This document shows, piece after piece, positions 53,297-62,503 of a DNA stretch of 64,000 nucleotides. Numbering within the stretch: position 1 is the stretch's first letter; each line of letters begins with the position of its first letter. The position numbers and the translations under genes were made by a program. Below the pieces are notes generated by a model, which saw nothing but the letters and a program-made list of their open reading frames with translations, made no database searches and was not told the DNA's origin. Source of the stretch: a bacterium (lineage in GTDB: Bacteria; Bacillota; Clostridia; Oscillospirales; Oscillospiraceae). The stretch is taken from NCBI GenBank assembly GCA_963625685.1, contig CAVFTR010000010.1, positions 1,710-65,709 of the forward strand. Reading direction: 5' to 3'.

Positions 53297-54819
53297 CACC
53301 ATCCTTCGTAATCGTCAAAGTCAACGAGGCTCGCGTCGAGCGGCTCCTCCTGCAGGACGGCGCTCATATACTCGGAGAACTGCCTGCGCATCTCGTTGCG
53401 GCTTATGGTGCGGTGGTCGAACATGTCGTTCTGCACCCAGACTAGGTGCTTATGCTTGTCCCTGGCCTGATCGTTCACTACGCCGGCCAGGCCCATCGCG
53501 CCCTTGCAGGTGATATCGTCGTAGACGAGCACGATATCGCAGTTAAACCTCTCCGCCTCGTCCCAGACCTCGAGCAGATGCTGATATCCGCCGGTGAGGT
53601 GGCGGCGCATGACGCCGCGCTCGTAGTTATGCGCGATGCCGATGAGCGCCGCGTCGAGATCGTCCTCGGGGATGATGACATTGCCGGAGAACATGTCCAT
53701 CTGCGCGGCGACGAGAACGCCCCAGCAGTTGTACGCCCAGGTGTTGAAGTCGATATAGTAGCAGCCCGGGCCGCCCCAGGTTATCATGCGGTGGCGCGCC
53801 TTGTCGAAGCTGACGACCTTGTTCCTGTACGCCTTTTCGGCGATCCTGAGCGCCTTCTTCGCGGTCTTGTCGATATAGGGGATGCTGCCGCCGGAGAAGG
53901 TGAAGTAGAAGGCGTGAAACAGCGGCGAGATGACGTGGCCGAAGGCCGAGTACTTCGTCTTTGCGTACTCCCAGACCTCGAACTCATTGCGCGCCTCCCT
54001 GTTGTGCTGCTTTATGATCTTGAAGAAGGCCTCCTCGTCGAATCTTTCGCCCGTCGTGTCCTCGATGAATTTTATGGTCTCCTTCATCTGCGCCAGGGCG
54101 TACTTGTCGGTCGCCTCGTCCTCCCAACGCATGGGTATGCCGGCCACGGTCGTGGGGATGGTGACGCGGCGCTCTATGAGCTGGCTGTTCATGGTCGAGG
54201 AGTCGCAGGGCATGTTGTTTGTTATAAGGCAGGCGCCGATCTGCGGATAGTCGTCGTTTATCGCAACGCCGGCGGCGTTCGCGCTCAGGCGGCAGGAGTC
54301 GGCGGGCAGGCCGACGTTTTCCATGATATCCATGTAAAACGGGGCGAGGTTCTGATCCATGTAGGTGCCCAGCAGTCCCTGCAGAACTTCGAGCGGCAGA
54401 GCCTTGAGCCTGGGAAAGCCCGCGACTATCTCGGGACACATGGTCTGCTCGAGCATTACGAATTTGTCCGCGTATTCCGTGTCACCGAAGCGGCGGTCGC
54501 CCTTCATGCTGTCGGCGAGCATGCCGGTCGTGCCCTTCATGATGGCGTGCATCTGCGTGTGCGAAACGCGCAGCGCGGGGCCGCGCATGCCGGCAGTGCA
54601 TTTATCGACCATGTGCAGCGCGCCGATATAGCCGCCGAACCAGCGGTATTCGAACAGTCCCTTTACTATGCGCACCGGCGATTTTGCCGCGAACTGCGCC
54701 AGTATACCGAGATTTATCGCCCACTGGGTGTAGTCATAGAAGGTGTCCTTCAGGCCGCGCCACTCGCGGTGCTTTGCGATGCCGCTTCCCTTGTAAAAGC
54801 GTTTTGCCTCGTTTGCCAT
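53296..54819 (-). CDS. 2-hydroxyacyl-CoA dehydratase / benzoyl-CoA reductase BcrBC-family protein (alpha-like, with ~130-aa N-terminal extension)
   Basis: 507 aa. The family core starts around FVMLEQTMCPEIVAGF and has conserved Cys contexts ADSCRLS, NMPCDSS and ITCKGA. Its start overlaps the upstream stop (TAATG). Confidence 0.75.
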   Translation of the reverse strand: MANEAKRFYKGSGIAKHREWRGLKDTFYDYTQWAINLGILAQFAAKSPVRIVKGLFEYRWFGGYIGALHMVDKCTAGMRGPALRVSHTQMHAIMKGTTGMLADSMKGDRRFGDTEYADKFVMLEQTMCPEIVAGFPRLKALPLEVLQGLLGTYMDQNLAPFYMDIMENVGLPADSCRLSANAAGVAINDDYPQIGACLITNNMPCDSSTMNSQLIERRVTIPTTVAGIPMRWEDEATDKYALAQMKETIKFIEDTTGERFDEEAFFKIIKQHNREARNEFEVWEYAKTKYSAFGHVISPLFHAFYFTFSGGSIPYIDKTAKKALRIAEKAYRNKVVSFDKARHRMITWGGPGCYYIDFNTWAYNCWGVLVAAQMDMFSGNVIIPEDDLDAALIGIAHNYERGVMRRHLTGGYQHLLEVWDEAERFNCDIVLVYDDITCKGAMGLAGVVNDQARDKHKHLVWVQNDMFDHRTISRNEMRRQFSEYMSAVLQEEPLDASLVDFDDYEGW

Positions 54820-56015
54820 TACATCTTACCTCCCTGAAGCTTCTTTATCTCGATGCTCTCGACAAAGGCCTGGAAGCGTGTGCGCAGCTGGCCTGCCGAT
54901 GCCATCGTGTATTCCTTCTCGACGCCGATGCAGGGTATGCCCTCGACCTCGTTCATATCGTGTACGCCCATGACGCGCTCGTAGCTCCAGAACTCGCAGA
55001 ACTTCATCTGGAGGTACAGGATGCCGTCGGCGTCATAGTCCTTGACAAGCTGCTTGAGATAGCTTCGGCGCTGGAGCTGCTTTTCCTTATTCATGAAGCG
55101 CGGGCACTCGCTCGTGGATAGATAGTGCCGCGCAGCGGCCGTGAGCGCGCTCTCGCCGTCGCGTATCTCTATCTGCTCCCTGCCGGGCAGCGAGCCGTAG
55201 CAGTAGCGGTCGGCCACGACGTACGCGCCGCAGTCCTCCAGGAGCTTTGTAAACGCCGGATCGTCTACCTCCGAGCCCGTGACGACGATGCGCGCGCGGT
55301 AATTGGGCTTGGGGTCGACCCTGCGCTTTCTGACCTCCCTGAGCGTCTCCTCGAGCTTGTCCTTTATAAGATACTGCGGGCAGCACTCGGAAACGAGCTG
55401 GATGACGTGGAACTCATAGCTCGTTATCGGCGGGTTTGGGAGCTTGCGCAGGTCGCCGAGCTCTGTTATGATGCGGCAGATCTCGTTGTGCTCCTCTATG
55501 GCCTTTCTTATCGCCCCGTCGGAGATATCGACGCCGTAGACACGCTCCAGCGGCTCGAGAATGTACTTTCTGAGCTGATTTTCATAATGCTCGTAGGCGG
55601 CCTTCGTGGTCACAAAGGGCACGTCCATCATGCTCATGAAAAACCTCGGGTTCTGCTCCTTTACGAGCCCCATGATGTCAAAATACTCATGTGCGCGGTG
55701 CATCATCTGGCAGGTCTCGGACGAGAACATGGCCGACAGGAAGTTGTAGCCGCCCTCCATGCTGCGCTCGAGCACGCTGCGCGTGAAGGGACAGGTCTTG
55801 TTTGTCATATAGTATGTGCCGATATCGGTGTTGGCCGTCCCCGGGGCGCGCAGGCGCACAGAGAAGCAGCCGCCGAGATTGAGCAGTACCTCGGGCACGA
55901 AATAGCAGGTGTAGCCCAGAGCAAGCCTTCCCTCCCCGGAGGCCTGCTTTACCAGCTCGTTATTCGCGTCCTGGAGCAGGTCTTCAAAATAGATGAGGTG
56001 CTTTAAGTCTTTCAT
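54819..56015 (-). CDS. 2-hydroxyacyl-CoA dehydratase-family protein (beta-like)
   Basis: 398 aa with LALGYTCYFVPEVLLNLGGCFSVRL, typical of the HgdB/HadC-type N-terminus. RBS GAGGAGGA. Confidence 0.75.
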   Translation of the reverse strand: MKDLKHLIYFEDLLQDANNELVKQASGEGRLALGYTCYFVPEVLLNLGGCFSVRLRAPGTANTDIGTYYMTNKTCPFTRSVLERSMEGGYNFLSAMFSSETCQMMHRAHEYFDIMGLVKEQNPRFFMSMMDVPFVTTKAAYEHYENQLRKYILEPLERVYGVDISDGAIRKAIEEHNEICRIITELGDLRKLPNPPITSYEFHVIQLVSECCPQYLIKDKLEETLREVRKRRVDPKPNYRARIVVTGSEVDDPAFTKLLEDCGAYVVADRYCYGSLPGREQIEIRDGESALTAAARHYLSTSECPRFMNKEKQLQRRSYLKQLVKDYDADGILYLQMKFCEFWSYERVMGVHDMNEVEGIPCIGVEKEYTMASAGQLRTRFQAFVESIEIKKLQGGKM

Positions 56016-56061
56016 TGTATCCTCCTCGTATCCTCTTTATGTTTTACGGGCTCCGAAGCCC

Positions 56062-56108
56062 GTGAATAATCACGATGAAATATTATCACATGGATATTTT
56101 TATGTCAA
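56062..56108 (-). promoter_or_regulatory. promoter of the dehydratase-family operon with GntR-type half-palindrome
   Basis: On the minus strand, TTGACA (56108-56103), 17-nt spacer, TAATAT (56085-56080). Then comes GTGATTATTCAC (56073-56062), a near-perfect palindrome related to the 56181-56196 site. Confidence 0.5.
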
Positions 56109-56139
56109 TAAAGAACGGCCTGCCGCGCGGCGCAAAATC

Positions 56140-56196
56140 TTGACAAGAGCAAAAAAATCCTGCATAATGTCCCTGTGATGGTGATTGATCAATCAC
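56140..56196 (+). promoter_or_regulatory. promoter of the GntR gene plus perfect 16-bp palindromic operator
   Basis: TTGACA (56140-56145), 17-nt spacer, CATAAT (56163-56168). Then GTGATTGATCAATCAC (56181-56196), which fits the GntR-family GT-Nx-AC operator pattern. Confidence 0.55.
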
Positions 56197-56220
56197 AAGT
56201 CTGTACGGGCGGTAATAATT

Positions 56221-56943
56221 ATGGCGTTTGAAAAGATAAGCATCCCCTCGGCGAAGGAGTGCTTTTTTGAGAGCATAAAATCCAAGATACTGACAGGCGA
56301 ACTCGCACCGGGGCAGAAGCTGCCGTCCGAGCGCGAGCTTGCCGAGAGCACGGGGATAAACCAGTCGGCGATACACCTCGCGATAAAGGACCTTGAGCGC
56401 ACGGGCTTTCTGAGCGTCGCTGCGCGCCACGGCACCTATGTCGCCGACTACATGGCCAGCGGCAGCTATGAAACGCTGCACGAGATACTGCGCTCGGGCG
56501 AGGGATACATGACCCGAGAGCGCGTCGTTGCGCTCGTCGAGACGCGAAACGCCGTCGAGGGCGGAGCGCTCATACGCCTTGCGGCCTCGCACACCGAGGA
56601 GGATATCCGTATCCTTGAGGACTGTATCGAAAACTTCAGGGCTGCGCGCGGCCGGGGGCTCGGCGCGGACGAGCTCGGCGCGATGACCAAGGATTTTCAC
56701 TATCTCATCTGCAAATTGAGCGGCAACGAGGTGTTCATACTGCTGATGAACTCCTTTGCCGAGATATCGCATGGGCTCTGGCGGCACTGTGCCGGACACT
56801 GGGGGCTCGAGGGGCTCATAGCGCAGAGCGAACACATAGTCGCGCTCATAAAGGCCGGACGCGGCCTTGACGCGCAGGTCTATATCACCGAAAAATTCAA
56901 CGAATACGTCCGCGACTGCGGCATTGTTTTGGAGGCGCATTGA
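56221..56943 (+). CDS. GntR-family transcriptional regulator (FadR subfamily, FCD domain)
   Basis: ORF track 56185..56943. The likely start is the ATG at 56221 (MAFEKISIP). Winged HTH LPSERELAESTGINQSAIHLAIKDLE is followed by an all-helical C-domain. Confidence 0.85.
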   Translation: MAFEKISIPSAKECFFESIKSKILTGELAPGQKLPSERELAESTGINQSAIHLAIKDLERTGFLSVAARHGTYVADYMASGSYETLHEILRSGEGYMTRERVVALVETRNAVEGGALIRLAASHTEEDIRILEDCIENFRAARGRGLGADELGAMTKDFHYLICKLSGNEVFILLMNSFAEISHGLWRHCAGHWGLEGLIAQSEHIVALIKAGRGLDAQVYITEKFNEYVRDCGIVLEAH

Positions 56944-57022
56944 GGCATTCGCGGATACATATATTGCCGGTGTCCGGTTCGGAAGCTGCCGCTAATCCGT
57001 GTGTTAAACCAAAATACATATG

Positions 57023-57066
57023 AAAAAAGACAGCCTAGGCTTAAAAAGTCTTGGCTGTCTTTTCTG
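57023..57066. terminator. bidirectional rho-independent terminator
   Basis: AAAAAAGACAGCC-loop-GGCTGTCTTTTCT. Confidence 0.7.
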
Positions 57067-57242
57067 CATTTGATATTTATTTCAGTTCCGGGCATGATAA
57101 GTTTCTTACGGGGGAGAACCGAAATTTTGCACTGAATCGGCACGATCTCAACGGGCGCGGAAGATCACGGTTTATGCCATTATCCCGAACCGGGCGACCG
57201 CGATCACCGTATCCGCAGCTGCGTCGATTCGCCGCCAAAAAA

Positions 57243-58751
57243 TCACTTCAGGAGGCCCTTGACGAGACCCTTGTCGGTTTTCCGGACGTGCTTGAAGACC
57301 TCCTCGAAGCGGTTGAGGGCTTCGTCGATGATCTCGGGCGTGTCGGCCAGGGAGGTGTACAGGCGGCTGCCGGCGAGGGTGACTATGCCGTTTGCCATGT
57401 AGGCCGCGCCCATGCGCTCCATGGAATCCTTGCGCACGTACATCATGTCCTTGTTGCGCAGCAGGCCGACCGCGGACTTGACAAAGCAGTTTGACGAGAA
57501 GTCGAAGCTCATTGCACCGGTGCACTCGAGGTGGACGATGGAGCCCTGGTTGTATGCCACGAAGGGCAGGCCGTAGCGCCCGATGAGCTCCTTGAGTCCG
57601 TCGCAGAGCCTGTCGCCCATCTTTCCGGCGACCTCGCAGGCGTTGGTGCGCTCGATCTCCTGAATGGCGGTGTAGCCGGCGAGGCAGGACAGGGGGTTGG
57701 CCGCCAGAGTGCCGCCGACGTATGCTCTGTGCTTGCCGGTCGCAAGGCCGGCCGCCATGAGCTGAGCGTACTCTCTCTTGCCGCCGACGCCGCCGGCCGC
57801 GGGATAGCCGCCCGCGACGATCTTGCCGAACACGGTCAGGTCGGGAACGACGTCGAAGTAGCCCTGAGCGCCGGAGAGCGCGACGCGGAAGCCGGTGACG
57901 ACCTCGTCGAATATCATCAGCGCGCCGTACCTGTCGCACAGTGCGCGCACGCCCTTGTTGTAGTCGTGGGCGACGGGTCGGGTGCCGCTCTCGGGGCCGA
58001 CGGGCTCGACGATGACGGCCGCTGTGCCGCCGAGGAGCTTATTGCGCTTGAGCACGTGCTCGAGCATGTTCAGGTCGTTCGGGCGCACCTCATCGGTCGT
58101 GCCGTAGCAGCCGTGGGGGATGCCGTGCGACTCGAGCAGCGCGCGGCTGCCGGGTATCTTCAGGCCGTAGACCATCTGGTCCGACCAGCCGTGGTACGCG
58201 CCGCCTATCTTGATGACGCGCTTGTTGCCCGTTGCGATGCGCGCTATGCGCAGGGAGGCCATGACCGCCTCGGTGCCGGAGCCGAGCATGCGGAACATCT
58301 CGACGTTGGGCATGTGCCTGTTTATCTCGCGCGCGATGAGCATTTCGGACTCGTGCAGAAGGCCCGTTACGGGGCCGCACTCGTTGAGAAGCCCGATGAC
58401 CTTCTCGCGGATGACGGGGTAGTTGCTGCCGAGGATGGTCGGACCGCCGGCCTGGAGGAAGTCGATGTACTTGTTGCCGTCCTTGTCGTAGAGGTAAGCG
58501 CCGTCCGCCTTTGCCATGCACATGGGGAAGGGCTTGTTGAAGGCGAGGTTGTGCTGAACGCCGCCGGGGATATATTTCTGCGACTCCTCGTAGACCGCTC
58601 TGGAGGCGGTACACTTTTCGTCGTAGTACTTCATGATGACGTCCCTGTAATACTCGTCGGAGACCTCCCATATGGGCTGGCTGGTCAGCGCCTTGAGCTT
58701 TGCGTTGATCTCGTTGGGATCGTCCCATCTGCTTATTGCACAGTTATTCAT
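57243..58751 (-). CDS. class III PLP-dependent aminotransferase-fold enzyme, glutamate-1-semialdehyde 2,1-aminomutase-like, with ~55-aa N-terminal extension
   Basis: 502 aa with YIPGGVQHN, GSGTEAVMASLRIAR, IFDEVVTGFR and the PLP-Lys context FGKIVAGGYP. Confidence 0.8.
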   Translation of the reverse strand: MNNCAISRWDDPNEINAKLKALTSQPIWEVSDEYYRDVIMKYYDEKCTASRAVYEESQKYIPGGVQHNLAFNKPFPMCMAKADGAYLYDKDGNKYIDFLQAGGPTILGSNYPVIREKVIGLLNECGPVTGLLHESEMLIAREINRHMPNVEMFRMLGSGTEAVMASLRIARIATGNKRVIKIGGAYHGWSDQMVYGLKIPGSRALLESHGIPHGCYGTTDEVRPNDLNMLEHVLKRNKLLGGTAAVIVEPVGPESGTRPVAHDYNKGVRALCDRYGALMIFDEVVTGFRVALSGAQGYFDVVPDLTVFGKIVAGGYPAAGGVGGKREYAQLMAAGLATGKHRAYVGGTLAANPLSCLAGYTAIQEIERTNACEVAGKMGDRLCDGLKELIGRYGLPFVAYNQGSIVHLECTGAMSFDFSSNCFVKSAVGLLRNKDMMYVRKDSMERMGAAYMANGIVTLAGSRLYTSLADTPEIIDEALNRFEEVFKHVRKTDKGLVKGLLK

Positions 58752-59199
58752 GCTCGTGATTCTCCTTTTCCTGTTTTTTCTTGGCTATATCATTGGTATC
58801 CTTGCTGTTGCGGTAGACTACGAAGTTGTCCCACAGATATTCGAGGGAGAGGTTGAGCGCCATGTTGATGGCCAGCACGGCGTATTCGTTCCAGCCGTGT
58901 ATATCGGCGAGGAAATGCTCGTTCCAGATCGTAAACGGCGCGAAGGGCGCGTAGAACAGGAACACGAGAAGCATCGCCTTGGGCACGTTCTCCGCGCTCT
59001 GGAAGGTGAATTTCCTGTTGAAGGTGAAGTTCCACAGGACGCTCAGGACGAGCGCTATGGTGTAGCACACCCAGTGGCCGGGGATCTTGATGACCTCCTC
59101 GCAGAGGATCATCGCAACGGTCTCGATTATGCCTGCCGAGGCGGAAAAAAGAACGAATTTCAGGACTCTGGCGGTCTCTTTCTTCTTCTCCGTTTTCAT
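58744..59199 (-). CDS. GtrA-family membrane protein
   Basis: 151 aa with 4 TM helices and WNFTFNRKFTF, the GtrA signature. 8-nt overlap with the downstream gene. Confidence 0.75.
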   Translation of the reverse strand: MKTEKKKETARVLKFVLFSASAGIIETVAMILCEEVIKIPGHWVCYTIALVLSVLWNFTFNRKFTFQSAENVPKAMLLVFLFYAPFAPFTIWNEHFLADIHGWNEYAVLAINMALNLSLEYLWDNFVVYRNSKDTNDIAKKKQEKENHEHE

Positions 59200-59202
59200 A
59201 TG

Positions 59203-60213
59203 TCATCCCTTTCTCTTTGAATATTTCTTCTTATAGACAAAGCGCATGAGCGCCGTGTCGGCGGTGTTGAGCTTCACCCTCGAGCCGAGGTTTGAGCTGT
59301 GCAGGGCGCACAGCGCGGATTTCTCGGTCAGAAGCCGCAGCGCCTCGCGGTCGTCGGGATCGTCTGCCGTGACGACGGCTCCGACGCCGCGCACGAACAC
59401 CGCATCGCGTTTTTTCAGCGCCTTGACTATCCTTTTCGGCCTTGCCCTGACGCAGGAGACCTGCGAGCCGAGCATCTGCGCCATATCGTCAAGCTGGGCG
59501 TACAGCGTTCTGCCTCTGTTTGCCCACATGACGGCGCAGTCTCCGCCGCTGAGCTCCGCCGTGGGCAGCTCCGCCCTGACGGCGTTCATGAGCGCGGCCG
59601 TTTTGCTCTCGGAAAGACGCCGGGGCGCGTCCTTTGCGATGCACAGGCTGCGGCGGCAGATATCCTCGAGCAGCTGCACGCGCTCCATGGCCTGCTTTTT
59701 GTCCTTTCCGCAGACGACAACGCCGTGGTTTACCATGAACACGGTGTGCGCGCCCGTCTGCATCGCGGCGCGTACCGCGTTTTTGAGCTTTTTCATGCCG
59801 GGCAGGCCGTACCCTGCCTTTGCAATGCCGCCGAGAGCCTCCCTTTCGGCCTGCGTTATATCCATGCTCTCAAAGCCCGCCAGGCCGAGCGCCGAGGCGC
59901 AGCTCTGATGCGTGTGGATAACGAAGCCGACCTCCGGGAACAGCTCGTATGCCGCGGCGTGAACTCCCTTTTCGCTCGAGGGCTTGCGCCGGCCCTCCCA
60001 TTTCATCGTCTCAAGCTCGACGCAGGCTATGTCCTCCGGCGTCGTTTTGAGGTAGTCCAGGCCGCTCGGGGTGATGAGAAAATGCTTCCCGTCAAGACGG
60101 CAGCTGACGTTGCCCCAGGTCCTCGCGACAAGGCCGGTCTTCAAAAGCTCGCGGCCGGTGCCGCATATGAGCTCTCTTGCCATGCTTTCTTCCACGCTCA
60201 TGCCCTCCTTCAA
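59203..60213 (-). CDS. class II aldolase/adducin-family protein with an extra C-terminal partial repeat
   Basis: 336-aa ORF. The start is uncertain (TTG 60213, ATG 60201 or GTG 60195). Contains GNVSCRL...ITPSG...HTHQ motifs. Residues from about 220 to 336 resemble a second, truncated aldolase half. Confidence 0.75.
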   Translation of the reverse strand: MKEGMSVEESMARELICGTGRELLKTGLVARTWGNVSCRLDGKHFLITPSGLDYLKTTPEDIACVELETMKWEGRRKPSSEKGVHAAAYELFPEVGFVIHTHQSCASALGLAGFESMDITQAEREALGGIAKAGYGLPGMKKLKNAVRAAMQTGAHTVFMVNHGVVVCGKDKKQAMERVQLLEDICRRSLCIAKDAPRRLSESKTAALMNAVRAELPTAELSGGDCAVMWANRGRTLYAQLDDMAQMLGSQVSCVRARPKRIVKALKKRDAVFVRGVGAVVTADDPDDREALRLLTEKSALCALHSSNLGSRVKLNTADTALMRFVYKKKYSKRKG

Positions 60214-61799
60214 TTATTGAGTGCGGCAAAGTTCTTTTTGTTCGCCGCGTAAAGATTTTTGAATACCCCGTAGTTTCTGTCGTAAAGCGCCCTGTTTTCG
60301 GCGTTGGGCTCATACCTGCTCTCGGCCTTTATCAGCGCGCCGGCCTCCGACAGGCTGCCGATGCGGCCGCTTCCGACCGCGACGAGCATCGCGGCGCCCA
60401 CGGCGCCCACGTCCTTGGTCGAGGCGACGGTCTCGACCGTGCGCCCCGTCACGTCGGCGAGTATCTGGCAGGTCACGCGTGACAGCGCGCCGCCGCCGAC
60501 AAAGCGCAGCGTATCGGCCGTTTTTATCTTCTTATCCTCACATTCAAGCATCCATCTGAGGTGATAGCATATGCCCTCGAGCACGGCCCGGAGCATCTCC
60601 GTCTTGCCGGTGTCGAGCCTTATGTTGAAGAACATGCCCGCCGCTTTGGGGTCCTCGAAGGGACAGCGGTTGCCGTGCAGCCAGGGGGTGAATATCACGC
60701 CGCCCGCGCCGGGGGCTATCTTCTCGATGGTATCGGTCATGTAGTCGTACAGGCTTTCGTATATGCTCTCCTCGCTCTCGGCGACGTTTATTTTTTTTAG
60801 GTAGACGCCGATTTCGTCGAGCACGAGGTGCTCCTTTACCCACTCGAAGCATTTTCCGGCCGTCTCCATCTCGGCGAAGTAATTGTACCTGCCCTCCTGA
60901 GCGCCGACGATGCCGGCGATCATGGCGTTTATATCGACCTCCTGCCTGTCGATGACCGTTGAGACCCAGCCGGAGGTGCCGGAATATATGTGCGTCTGGC
61001 CGAGCTCCGTGCAGCCGGCTCCGACGCCTATGAGCGTCGCGTCGCCGCCGCCGCCGTAGACCGGCGTTCCCGCCGCAAGGCCGAGCTCGCGCGAGGCCCT
61101 TTCGCTGAGCGGCCCGACGACGTCGGTACACTCGACTATCTCCGGCAGATGCTCCGGCTCAACGCCGTACATGTCGCACAGCGCCCTGCTCCAGCAGCCC
61201 TTTCCCGGGCGGCTGTCGTACAGGAAGGTCGAATACGCCGAGTCTCGCGTCATGACCGCCCTTCCCGTGCAGCGGCAGATGAGATACTCCTTCACGTCGA
61301 GCCACTTGTATATTTTTTTATAGGTCTCCGGCTCGTTTTTCTGCACCCATTTGTACTTCCACAGCGGGTCCTTTACGCTCGTGGACGCAGCGTGCGTCCT
61401 GACAAGGCTTTTTAAGAGCATCCCGGCGTTCACGCCCGAGACGGTGACGCCGTGGCTCTGACATTCGGCAAACTCCTTCCCCGCGCGCTGATCCATATAG
61501 CTCATCGGCCGGCGCAGGGCCTCTCCCCTTTCGTCGACCAGCACGAGCCCCTGCATCTGCGAGCAGAAGGATATGCCCTCTATCGCCTTCGGCTCGACTC
61601 CCGTTTTCTCGATGAGGCGGCGCGTGCTTTTTTTCATGGCCTCCCACCACTCGTCCGCGTCCTGCTCCGCTCCGCCGTCGGGCATTATATAAAGCCCGTA
61701 GCCCTCATACTCGCCGGAGCACAGCCTGAGCGTTTCGCCGAGCTCGAAAAGGCAGGTCTTTACGCCCGTCGTTCCGATATCATACGCGATAACATACAT
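60210..61799 (-). CDS. FGGY-family carbohydrate kinase
   Basis: 529 aa with N-terminal YVIAYDIGTTGVKT, plus later GGGDA and FVGGGA motifs. Confidence 0.85.
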   Translation of the reverse strand: MYVIAYDIGTTGVKTCLFELGETLRLCSGEYEGYGLYIMPDGGAEQDADEWWEAMKKSTRRLIEKTGVEPKAIEGISFCSQMQGLVLVDERGEALRRPMSYMDQRAGKEFAECQSHGVTVSGVNAGMLLKSLVRTHAASTSVKDPLWKYKWVQKNEPETYKKIYKWLDVKEYLICRCTGRAVMTRDSAYSTFLYDSRPGKGCWSRALCDMYGVEPEHLPEIVECTDVVGPLSERASRELGLAAGTPVYGGGGDATLIGVGAGCTELGQTHIYSGTSGWVSTVIDRQEVDINAMIAGIVGAQEGRYNYFAEMETAGKCFEWVKEHLVLDEIGVYLKKINVAESEESIYESLYDYMTDTIEKIAPGAGGVIFTPWLHGNRCPFEDPKAAGMFFNIRLDTGKTEMLRAVLEGICYHLRWMLECEDKKIKTADTLRFVGGGALSRVTCQILADVTGRTVETVASTKDVGAVGAAMLVAVGSGRIGSLSEAGALIKAESRYEPNAENRALYDRNYGVFKNLYAANKKNFAALNN

Positions 61800-61845
61800 T
61801 TTCTTTCATCTCTCCATATATTTAATTTTTACCTGACCATTTTAG

Positions 61846-62478
61846 CTAACTTCCTATTTTCAGCGCATTCTTCACGAAGCGCATGAAGCACTCGGTCATT
61901 TTCTCCGTATCGTCCGCGATGTCCTCGCCGCAGAATATCCTCATACGCTCGGAGTAATAATCGCAGCTGTAGGAAAACTGGAGCATCATGAACAGGTTAT
62001 CGAGGAAAAACGCGAAAAGCCTCGGGTCGAGCCCGGGGTCGACGGCTCCCGCAGCGCGGGCGTTCTCCAGAAGCGCCGAATAGACCCGCGCCGTGCGGCC
62101 CTCTATCTCGCGGGCGAGCTCCTTTGCGTACTTCTTGCAGCCGCCGGAGGATATCTCGTTGTACATCGCGTTGTGATTCTTATGCTCCCTTGCGTGGACC
62201 GCGAGGGCGGAAACTATGCTCCTTATGCCCGACTCTATATCCGTCTCGTGCGAAACGGCCTCTGTGAGCACCGCGTCGAGAAGGTCGAGCGAATGGCGCA
62301 CGCAGGCCAAAAAGAAGCTGTCCTTGTCGCCGAAATATTTATATATGACACCGACGGAAACGCCGGCCTTCTTTGCTATCACGTTTATGTTCGCACCGTC
62401 AATGCCGCGCTCGGCAAACTCGTCGATGCCGGTCTCTAAGATGAGCGTTTTCGCCCTGTCGTCAAGCTTTTTATACAT
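61846..62478 (-). CDS. TetR/AcrR-family transcriptional regulator
   Basis: 210 aa with the HTH NINVIAKKAGVSVGVIYKYF. Located 46 nt upstream of the kinase gene with no terminator between them. Confidence 0.85.
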   Translation of the reverse strand: MYKKLDDRAKTLILETGIDEFAERGIDGANINVIAKKAGVSVGVIYKYFGDKDSFFLACVRHSLDLLDAVLTEAVSHETDIESGIRSIVSALAVHAREHKNHNAMYNEISSGGCKKYAKELAREIEGRTARVYSALLENARAAGAVDPGLDPRLFAFFLDNLFMMLQFSYSCDYYSERMRIFCGEDIADDTEKMTECFMRFVKNALKIGS

Positions 62479-62503
62479 GATCCCGCCTCCGTCGCTTCGT
62501 GTC

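Noticed and set aside
57067-57242. 176-nt non-coding stretch between the aminotransferase-like gene's stop and the bidirectional terminator. I checked it for a small ORF or RNA.
   Set aside because: Only trivial ORFs of 11 codons or fewer are present, with no RBS and no recognisable RNA motif. It is most simply a long 3' UTR or a decayed remnant.
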